This document shows, one piece after another, positions 47,104 through 56,900 of a stretch of DNA of 64,000 nucleotides. Below the pieces are notes generated by a model. It was not told the DNA's origin. It saw nothing but the letters and a program-made list of their open reading frames with translations, and did no database searches. The stretch is from Candidatus Thorarchaeota archaeon (GTDB lineage Archaea > Asgardarchaeota > Thorarchaeia > Thorarchaeales > Thorarchaeaceae), in contig JBHLRS010000016.1 of NCBI GenBank assembly GCA_048882325.1, positions 1-64,000 on the forward strand, in the 5' to 3' direction. The stretch's first letter is position 1; each line of letters starts with the position of its first letter. The translations under genes and the position numbers were made by a program.

Positions 47104-48066
47104 ATGGGATTCTATGAGTATCTTAGACTTATGCGGCCACACCAGTGGTACAAGAATGTGCTTGTGTTCCTGCCAGTTGTATTTGGCACAATCGATAACT
47201 TTGATGATTGGCTTAATTCCATCATTAATAGTATGCCAGTCCTTCTTCTGGGTTTCGCCGTTCTCTGCGCAGTTTCAAGCGCAGGATACATATTCAATGA
47301 TATTGTAGATGAAGAAAAAGATGCAGCACACCCCGAGAAACGAGAACGTCCCCTACCTTCAGGTCAGGCTTCGAGGTCGACAGCCCTGATTTTAGCAACA
47401 ATATTGATGATTAGCGGACTCATAGTTGCATGGCTGCAAGATCTTGCCTTTCTTCTCATGGTAGTAGTATACATAGTTAACAGTCAGCTATACAACTGGA
47501 AACTCAGAAACTATGCAATCATTGATGTCTGTGTTATTGCTGTTGGATTTGTCATAAGAGCCATAGCTGGGACATTTCTTATCGAAAAGCCATTCACATC
47601 GTGGTTGGTCATTGGTGTGTTTTTCGTCGCACTAGTCCTAGGATTTGGTAAACGCAAGAATGAGCTTCAATTACTGGGAGAGGACGCAGCACTCCATAAA
47701 CCAGTTTTCAAACAGTATACTGAAGTGATGTTGGATCATGGAATTGCAATGTCAGCCACTTGGACTGTTGCGTTTTATGCATTATATTGCTATACTAACT
47801 ACCAAGTTACTCTTGAAACACAACCCGTTATCATAACCGTGCCAATAGTGGCTGGTCTGGTACTAAGATACATCCATCTTGTCTATTCGGGAAGTGATGT
47901 TGGTCGTAAGCCACATCTAGCCATCAAAGATAAGGGGATCCTTATTGGAGCCATTCTATTCTTCCTAACACTCATCATTTCTTTGTTCTTCTACGAAGGA
48001 CTCTACAATTTCTTCTCCTCAATAGAATTCCTCCAACCTCTATTCCCACCAATAGTTCCGCCATAG
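47104..48066 (+). CDS. Decaprenyl-phosphate phosphoribosyltransferase-like UbiA protein
   Basis: RPHQWYKN..VF, Y..ND..D...D..HP.K..RPL.SG, GFV.RA..G and GKR..EL motifs. Confidence 0.9.
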   Translation: MGFYEYLRLMRPHQWYKNVLVFLPVVFGTIDNFDDWLNSIINSMPVLLLGFAVLCAVSSAGYIFNDIVDEEKDAAHPEKRERPLPSGQASRSTALILATILMISGLIVAWLQDLAFLLMVVVYIVNSQLYNWKLRNYAIIDVCVIAVGFVIRAIAGTFLIEKPFTSWLVIGVFFVALVLGFGKRKNELQLLGEDAALHKPVFKQYTEVMLDHGIAMSATWTVAFYALYCYTNYQVTLETQPVIITVPIVAGLVLRYIHLVYSGSDVGRKPHLAIKDKGILIGAILFFLTLIISLFFYEGLYNFFSSIEFLQPLFPPIVPP

Positions 48067-48067
48067 G

Positions 48068-48757
48068 GTGAATGTTGTGAGCTCCAGACTTTCCGCCTTT
48101 GATTTCCATATGCATACAATTCACTCGAAGGATGGAATGCAGAATCCCTATACTCTCTTCAAACTTATGAAGAAGAAGGGACTCCGAGGAGTTGCTCCAA
48201 CGGAACACTGGAGAGCTGCAACACTCAAAGTTGTAGAAAGTGATGGAAGATTCATTATTCCTGCGTGTGAGTACAAAACAACAGACTACGGTGAAGTGAT
48301 AGGTCTCTTTGTGTCTGAACATATAGAGAACAGGACCTTTGAAGAGATTGCAGAAGACATCCATGCCATCGATGGGCTTGTGGTGCTACCACATCCAAGG
48401 GACCCTCTACGTAAGTATACAGCGATCAGGAAAGGACTCCCAGATGCAATTATCAAAAAACATGTTGACTTGATTGAGGGAATCAATTCTAGGTGCATTA
48501 TCCCATACTTCGACAAGAGAGCACAAAGACTAGCAAAGCGACTGAAAAAACCAATGACAGCTGGCAGTGACGGCCACACTTCATGGGAGATGGGACATGC
48601 AAAGACTTGGTTACAAGATATAGAAACCGCGGATGACATATATAACGAACTCAAACGAGGTCGAACCCAGATCACTGGATATCCATCACTATTCTTACTT
48701 CATATTCCAACAATGCTTTGGCAACGAGTGAGGAGGATTGCATATGACAGTTGGTGA
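48068..48757 (+). CDS. PHP-domain phosphoesterase
   Basis: D.HMHT..S.DG, TEH, E, PHP and GSDGH motifs. Confidence 0.9.
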   Translation: MNVVSSRLSAFDFHMHTIHSKDGMQNPYTLFKLMKKKGLRGVAPTEHWRAATLKVVESDGRFIIPACEYKTTDYGEVIGLFVSEHIENRTFEEIAEDIHAIDGLVVLPHPRDPLRKYTAIRKGLPDAIIKKHVDLIEGINSRCIIPYFDKRAQRLAKRLKKPMTAGSDGHTSWEMGHAKTWLQDIETADDIYNELKRGRTQITGYPSLFLLHIPTMLWQRVRRIAYDSW

Positions 48758-49790
48758 AGAATCGAGTAATGAAACAGAGCAATCTATGATCAGTATACAG
48801 AAGGTTATTCTGTTTGTGATCTTCAGTGTGGTCGTCTTTGCAGCAATTGGGCTATATGGCCAATTGGATGATGTGATAACCTATCTGTCCTCCATTCCGT
48901 GGTGGTGGGTACTACCCGCAATGATGACTCTCTCGTTTTTCAACTATGTCATAAGATACATGAAGTGGCAATACTTCCTACATCGTATTGAGATTGATCT
49001 CTCGCATAGAGATAGCTTCAGCGTATTCTTGGCTGGATTCACCCTTACGACAACTCCTGGGAAGATTGGGGAAGCAATCAAGGGTTATTTCATCCGAGAT
49101 ATCGATGGAACGCCCATTGCAAAAACTGTACCAGTTGTTGTGTCTGAGCGTGTCACAGACTTGTTGGCCCTCGTTATGCTCGCAATGATTGGCTTTGGAA
49201 TTGGTGTAAACACGGGAGACCAACTCTTGACAGTCTTGATACTCGGAGGGGCCGTCCTTGTAGGAGCATTAGTACTTAGTCAGAGAACCTTCTATCAGAA
49301 GATTCTCAAGAGGTTCACAGCCTTTGGACCGATGAAACGTTTTCAAGATCATGTTGATGATATAGAGAACACCATGACGCAGACACTTAGTCCCAAACCA
49401 TTAGTTCTGAGTACACTCATCAGTATCCCAGGATGGTTCATGGAATGTCTTGAACTCTGGCTTTTGCTGAGTCTTTTCACCGGTGCAGGTCTTCCATCAC
49501 TAGACCCCACCTCACTCGTACTCTTACTTCAAGCAACTTTCATCCACTCAGCGGCTTCCATTATTGGAGCTGTATCGTTTCTACCAGGTGGAGTAGGGAC
49601 CTATGAGGTTTCATCAGTAGCATTGATGCTCCTTCTTGGTATCTCTGCTGCAATTGCTACAGCAGCAACAATACTCATCCGAGTTGTGACACTATGGTTC
49701 AGTGTCATAGTAGGATTCATCGCTCTGGGGATTGTCACCCGAAACACCAGGAAACGTAGGTCATCTAACGTGTTATCTGATAGCTCTTGA
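48738..49790 (+). CDS. Lysylphosphatidylglycerol-synthase-TM (UPF0104) flippase-like protein
   Basis: R..KW, TPGK.GE..K, ER..D and PGG.G..E motifs. Confidence 0.88.
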   Translation: MHMTVGEESSNETEQSMISIQKVILFVIFSVVVFAAIGLYGQLDDVITYLSSIPWWWVLPAMMTLSFFNYVIRYMKWQYFLHRIEIDLSHRDSFSVFLAGFTLTTTPGKIGEAIKGYFIRDIDGTPIAKTVPVVVSERVTDLLALVMLAMIGFGIGVNTGDQLLTVLILGGAVLVGALVLSQRTFYQKILKRFTAFGPMKRFQDHVDDIENTMTQTLSPKPLVLSTLISIPGWFMECLELWLLLSLFTGAGLPSLDPTSLVLLLQATFIHSAASIIGAVSFLPGGVGTYEVSSVALMLLLGISAAIATAATILIRVVTLWFSVIVGFIALGIVTRNTRKRRSSNVLSDSS

Positions 49791-50868
49791 CAAGTTCAAA
49801 CATCTCTCTTGCACTCTTCTTCTTCTCGAAGTGAGTACGAACAGGATCAACCATCCTGTCAAGGTATGTGACCATTGTGTTCTTCAAGTCAAGCGGATGG
49901 AGGTCTCCAGCAACGTAAGCCTTCTCTAATTCATCGTATTTGGTGAATTCAATATCGCCACCAAATTTCGGTTTTCGTTCAACGGTAATCGCATCAAATC
50001 CCCGGAACACAATCTCTTTCGCATAGTCGAGTAATGGATTACCTTCAGATTCTTTTGGTGGACAAAATGCCGCCATGACCTTTGCTCGTATCTCATCTGT
50101 GGTATCGTGGACAAAGATACTTGATTCTGGTTTGCTCTTGCTCATCTTTGATGATATTTGAATATCATATCCCGTCTCTTCATCGAATCCCTCTGGCTCA
50201 GCTGCACCTTCTAAATTCATTAGCATATGATGACTGATCACAACTGGTTTCCACCACCCAAGTTTTGGTCCAACTTCTCTTGCTAAGATATTAGCACGCC
50301 GCTGGTCCAGACCGAGCTGTGTAATATCAGCTTCAAGATGGAAGATATCAGCGACCTGCATCATCGGATAGAAGTATTGCGCGACCTCTTTCATCTCTCC
50401 TTCTCTTCGCCCCATGATTGTTAGTGCCCGTGTTGCCCTTGCCACTGTAGTGTTCTTGGCTATCCTAACAACCCGTGACCAGTACTCGACCGAGTCCATA
50501 GCTTCTGATGCCCAGAGGAATTCTACCTTTTCTGTGGGGACACCAGCTGCTTTCCAAACCTCGATGAAATATTCACCAACATGCCGTATCTTCTCTAGGT
50601 CTCCATCCATTTTGTTGTTAATCCATGCAAACCAGTCAGCCAGCCAAATCTTGAACTTGATTCCAGCTTTGATGAGGTCCTTGAGAAGTAGTGGTCTATA
50701 TACACCAAATGCTAGGTGGGAAATCCCAGAGGGCTCAAATCCATCATATGCGATGGGATTTTTCTTCTCTTCCAAGAGCCTTTTCAGCTCAGGCATTGTG
50801 ACTACTTCTTCGCCTACTCCAGCGATTAACTTGATTCTTTCATCGAGGTCCATAGCCTTCGAAACCAC
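49765..50868 (-). CDS. tyrS: Tyrosine--tRNA ligase, archaeal type
   Basis: AYDGFEPSG, YP.MQ.ADI, G.DQR, KMSKS and LHP.DLK motifs; start may be the ATG at 50853. Confidence 0.96.
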   Translation of the reverse strand: MVSKAMDLDERIKLIAGVGEEVVTMPELKRLLEEKKNPIAYDGFEPSGISHLAFGVYRPLLLKDLIKAGIKFKIWLADWFAWINNKMDGDLEKIRHVGEYFIEVWKAAGVPTEKVEFLWASEAMDSVEYWSRVVRIAKNTTVARATRALTIMGRREGEMKEVAQYFYPMMQVADIFHLEADITQLGLDQRRANILAREVGPKLGWWKPVVISHHMLMNLEGAAEPEGFDEETGYDIQISSKMSKSKPESSIFVHDTTDEIRAKVMAAFCPPKESEGNPLLDYAKEIVFRGFDAITVERKPKFGGDIEFTKYDELEKAYVAGDLHPLDLKNTMVTYLDRMVDPVRTHFEKKKSAREMFELVKSYQITR

Positions 50869-50916
50869 AGGAGTCTCACTTAACTTTTCTCCAAGAAGAT
50901 GAGAATAGAAATTGAC

Positions 50917-50941
50917 ACCAGCTGGAGTATATCCAGCTGGT
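50917..50941 (-). terminator. Hairpin after the giant-protein operon
   Basis: ACCAGCTGGA-gtata-TCCAGCTGGT, followed by a T-rich tract on the minus strand. Confidence 0.6.
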
Positions 50942-50954
50942 TCTTGATGTTGTT

Positions 50955-53900
50955 TTAATCTAAGTCGATACCCAGACTACTTAGAAGTGCATCGAGGTCA
51001 GCCTTTGAGAGGCTCTTTGCTTCCTCTAGAATGACATCGATCTCATCAACAGCCATTCCTTTCTTGATGAGCTTCTGACGCAAGTCATCTAATTCCTCTG
51101 GTCTCTGTTCGAGAGGTACTTGATCAGGTGCAGGTTCTCCTTCAGGAGGCTTTGCCAGTACATCAGCACGGCGTGCCTTCTCTTGATCTATGACCTCTTT
51201 CAGAAAACCGGGGCGTTCACTTGCCCTCATTCGAGCTAGGTCAGCTCGGAATGCCTCAATCTCAACCTCGCCAAGACCAGTAATCGCCGCAAGTTCTTCC
51301 AGTAGTTCATTGACCTCTGGAACTGTTGTTTCGATTGGATACTCTGTGATCTCATACGCAGTCTTGGAGACCTTCATGGAGCCAGCCTCCTCATTCACTA
51401 TCCCCAAGGTTGTATCGAGTCTACTTGGAGCCTTCGGAGGTTTTGGAATACGGCCTTTTCGCAAGGCTCGCATCATTCTGTTTATAGCTCTGATCTGAGC
51501 AGGAACACTCCATACTCTAACATATGCAACAATGAGGAGAGCGATGAGGATAAGTGCAGAACCACCACCAATCGTCAATGCCTGCTCGAATTGCTGTTGG
51601 GGACTAATATCAGACTTGATTGTCAAGGTGAATTGACGTGACTCATAGTCCTCCTTATCAAAGAAGATGGACACAGTGAATGTTCTCCCTGCGGTTGCTC
51701 TAAAGAATAGTGTATAGGTTCCACTCTCATCAGTTGTAAACTGATCTAAGTAAGTGATATTGTTTTGACTATATTGGACTGTGAGGTTGGCATTGGGAAT
51801 TCCCACTCCGTGATCAAGGTCGTAGTATGTTATAGAGACCTCAAAGGTTGTGCCGGGTGATGTCAATACAGTATCATTGTCGTATCGAAGCTCTGTATGA
51901 ATTTGCCTAATTATCACCTGCAATTGAAGAGGAGCGATTGAGTATTTTGTTGTTCCAAAGTTAATGTCGAAACTGTATGTCCCATAGGGCAAGTCACTAG
52001 CCAATACAAGTGAGTATGAGCCATTGCCAAGAAGAACAAGTTCAGTATCACCAATTTGTAGTGAATGAGCTATTCCAATGACATCTGTAATTGGAGAGTC
52101 GTCTATGAGATTCACAACATTGTATATGATGTTGGATTCGTCATTTATCGGAGCAGAATATAGAGTAGGTCCAACTATCTCTGCAGGTGTTATGTAGATC
52201 TCTACCTTCGCTGTGATTGTTCGGGAGGTGTAATTTGTGAGATCAAATCTGACTACTAGGTCATAGAGACCCGGGTTCTCCACATTAATCAGCACTGAAA
52301 CCTCATATGAACCATTGAGGTGTGGGATTACTACAGCATCGCCTCCAGTCCAACTTGCTACTACGTTTGCATCAAGTATCAGTTCGTTGTGTTGAGTATC
52401 ATTGTAGTAGAAGAGGAATGATACAGTATCATTCCAGTATCCACTCTGTAGGATAGGCTTTGCCCAAGTTTCTGTCGGAATTGGAAGAATAGTGATCACA
52501 ATGGACTTGATAGCTGTTGCATATCCAGGTTTACTCGCAACAAGTCTAAGGTAGATTGACTGCGAAGCTAATGAGCTTACATCTATGGGTACACTATATG
52601 AGCCATTACCTAGGTCGGTGAAGTCGCCACTTACACTTCCAAGTGTGTATGAAACAGTGGCTCCTGCAATGAGGGTGTCGTGATAGGTGTCGGTATAGTT
52701 GACGATAAGATTCAAAGATTCCCCATAAAAGACATAGCGAATGTTGACATTGTCTGCAGGACTAATGTCTGTCGGGATTGGGACCACATTGATATCAATA
52801 TTGGTCTCAATGAACTGAACATTGGTAGTCACTGCCCTGATTGTCAACGGATATACACCGGTGACAAATCCAGTTGCATCCACAGTACCTGTATACCATC
52901 CAGGAACGCCTGTAGCTGAAAGTCCAGTTACAGTTCCATTCCATTCCATCGTGACTGTAGCACCAGTCACTGGAGTCCCAGTAACAGTATTGCTGAGATA
53001 CACCTCGAAATCAACTGATGTGTCAATGACAGTATCATATGTGGATTGGAAAGGTATAATCTGACCAGGTGCTTTTGAGACCACAAGAGTGAACGACTTC
53101 TGACGAGTCTGGTAGAATTCTCTTGACACTGTGATTTGAGGATTATAGATTCCAAAGTCTACATTTGATGTGTCGAGTAGCATTGAGTAGAATCCTGTTC
53201 CGGCATCATCAAAGTAGTACAGTGTACCATTCCAGAGAAGCGAGGAGTTGAATCCTTCAACATATGTCATGTAGAATGGTTCTTGAATCCAGAAACTTAT
53301 GTTTAGAAGTTCTCCCCAGTCAGCATAGTAGGTCGTTTGAGTCAAGATGATTTCTACAGTTTGAGCACCGGGCTGAACAAACACCTGAGCTTGAGCAACC
53401 TGATAGAAGGTCTTGGTCGCTGTGACAGTGACGATATACTGTTGAGCTAATAGGCCAGTAGTATTGAGGGTAAGCTCATAGACACCTCCACCCACTTCAA
53501 CCCACTGATATGAATTGCCAGTTGTAAAAGTCCAATCTGCAGCTATGACAGCTCCCTCTATGAAACCGCCAAAATCACGGTCTTCGAGAGTAAGTGTTAC
53601 AGTTATTGGAACACCAATAGCTGTTGAACCGGCAGGTGGGGCTTCAGCGATTAACGAAGTCTGAACCTCACGGATTTCAGCAGGCACATTAAGAGCATCT
53701 CTATCAGAATAGAATGGAGAGCCACTCCAAGTGATGGAGATATTGAAGTAGACTGTTCCAGTGCCACCAAACTCTGTAGTGTTTACAGTGATCTGATAGA
53801 CTCCATTACCAAGAGCAATCATTTGATAGTTTACGGGCCCAATGAAGGTTGTAAGGGTGACTATTGCTCCATCAATACCTTTTCCAGTTAGGAAGTCGAT

Positions 53901-56900
53901 GTATTCTAGATTGATTGTTATGTTGTCATAGTATGGACTTTCTTCCACCAACGGGAACAAGATTACTGTTGACCTATAGGTAGTGGAAGCCTGGGTTGTA
54001 GTATTCCTATCAGTGTAGTAAGGTGAACCTGATGTCCATTCGATGAGTATTTGGATTTCGTGACCTGTTACTAGACTCGCTGCGTTCAGTATTGTCGAGT
54101 TGAACCTAACTTCATAATAAGTTCCGAAGTTTATGAGTGTATATTGAGCAGCAGTAATCAGTGCATGGCCTGCTCCATGACTCAGTGTTATGTCGCCCTT
54201 GTCGATAGTGATAAACGACTTATCTAGAAAGTCTTCGAACACAAAACTGAATGAAACGTTTTCAAGGAATGGAGTATTCCCTGGAGTTTTAACTATCCGA
54301 ATCTGAGTAGGTCTTTCAACTACTGTACCAGTCAAAGATCTAATGGAAGTGCGGTAGTATGGTGCTCCTGAATACGAAACTGTCACATTGAGTTGATATG
54401 TTGCAGGAGGACCAAGCGCAGCGGTATCTAGCTCAACAAGATACTCTCCTGATCCTAGATACGTGATCCAATAATCGGTTCCACTGACTAGAGTGAGAGG
54501 ATCACTTGAGATGACAACGGTTGCACCTGCAATACCTACTCCTGTACTGTCATCTTTGTAGGTTATGACAAAGGTGAGGTTTGAAAGGTATGGTGCATTG
54601 TCGGGACTCTCGTAGCCAATCTGTGTAGATCTTTCAAGTACTGTGAAGGCAAAGTATTCGAACGCATCACTCACATAGTTGGCACCTGAGTATACTATGC
54701 TTGCATTGATGTAATAGAGACCTGGAGGTCCAAAGGCTGATGAGTTAAGTACTACAGTGAAGTATCCATCAGCACCCGGCGTCACCGTGTAGAACGATGC
54801 ACCAATGTCCAACGAAAGTGTACCTGTCATTCCAGTTGTTGTCCCAGAGATGATGTCTGTGTATACAAACTCAATAGTGACATTGTTGCCCCACTGACCA
54901 GGAGTGAATGGCAGATGTGTTAATTGAGAGCTTCTCAACTGGACAATCACAACAAACTCCTGATTGGATACATCGGCATAGAATGGAGTGCCGGTCCATG
55001 TCAGGTTGAGATGCAGTGCTATGGAACCCACTCCACCGAGACTGGATGTGTCAATCGTGATTGTGAATTCATTTGTGCCTGGATCAAATAGGTATGACCA
55101 AAAGACTCCACCTTCATTGATGTCTACAATCAGAGATGGCGAGTCACTTATCCTATTAGTTGTTAGCGAGTCTATGAATGAAAAGACCAGGTCAGCATCC
55201 TCACCATATGCAGTCGGCGGCACCTGTGTATAGTCAACGTAGGTTGGTCTTTCTAGAACCATCAGAAAGACAGTGATGGTCTGATTCTCGTAGAGTGGCA
55301 AAGCTCCACTCTTCCAGAGGAATGCAATTTCTACCTCGAATAGTCCTACACCTTCGAGATGTGTACTGTTGAGCTGGAACTCAAAATACCTTGCTGATCC
55401 ATCAGCCACTATCTCAAAGAAGAAGTCAGCTCCAGTCACAGGATTCACGCCTATTGGCGTGAATGAGAGCGAAACTGCTCCGGTGGAGTTGTCGATGTAG
55501 GTTGAATTTACAACATCGTAAAACACAGCAGAGAATGTGAAGTTGTCCAAGTAATATGTCGCAACAGGAGCTGTTTCTAGATAAAGGTCAGTCTGTGTTC
55601 CAATCAATCTGAATGATATGTCCAAGGAACCCGACTGAAGCTTCTGAACTGAACCTGTCCAGCTGATCTGTACAGAGAAATTCTTCCAACCAATAGTGGA
55701 CCATTGGGACGTTGGTACAGTAATGTTGTAATGGCCTGAACCTAGGTCAATGACCGTGTAGCTCAGTATCGGAAGATCCAGAGTTGTAACATCGATATGG
55801 ACAAATCCCGAGCTGTTATCTATACCTGTTCCTAGATCAGTATCTAGGTATTGCACAAGGATGAATGTGTCAACTCCGTAGGGGGTTTGCAGGATAGGTT
55901 CCTCGAGTGTGAACAAAGTGGTATGGGATCGAACAGTAACTTGAATCGAAATTGTATGATTCTGCATTCTTGCGCCTGAAAAACCCAGATTGACCGTAGT
56001 TGTGCCTAGAGGAGTCAAATCGGTTGTGTATATGGTTAGGGTGTACAATCCTGGTGAGGATTCGATGATACTATAGGAACCGGTCCAATCACAGAGGATT
56101 GAATCATTGAAGCCAGTTAATGGTGTGTCATGATCAGCGTCAGTCCATTCAAACGTTAACGAACCAGCCTCGCCTACAGGGATGGTCACCACATTTTGGA
56201 GGTAGGTGACCTTTGTGTATAGCTCACGCACCTCAACATAGAGTAGGTAGGACTGTGGCAGAACGAATGGTGCAGTCCCAGTGATCTCAACCACATATTC
56301 GCCCATAGCCACAAATGTTGTATTCAACCAGAAAAGATAGCTTCCGGGAGAACCACTTACAGGTGAAACGCTGTAATAACTCGACCAGTTGCAATCTACA
56401 CTTCCTGTATCAATTCGAGTCCCAAGGTAATCTTCGAATCCAATCTGGAACGAGCTATTGTAACTATATGGAATAGAAAGACCAGGAGAAACAGGAGCTT
56501 CAAGCAATAGATTCGCATCAAAGTTGAGGTTAATGGTGAGAACATCTTGAACTGTGTCATAGTGAGGATGAGTCCATTCAAGATTGAGTATATACTGCCC
56601 CTTCTCCGGAAGATCCCCTGAGTCGAGTGTGATTAGATACTCACCATTGCCTGCTTCACCAAAGTACTCTGTTCCTGTGGTCCAATTGTAGCTCATTTGA
56701 CCTCCAGAGACAGTTGCTCCAGAAATGTCTGTATCGTTAATTTGAACACGCACCAAGAAGAGATCAGGATATGTCACATTGGTAATCCATGTGGATATGG
56801 CGTCTTCAGGATTAAGCAGAGTGGAGGTTGATGAATGAATGATATTGAATGAACGTCGGAAGAATCCAGTCTGATTCCAATCAGTTCCTCCGATGCTATT

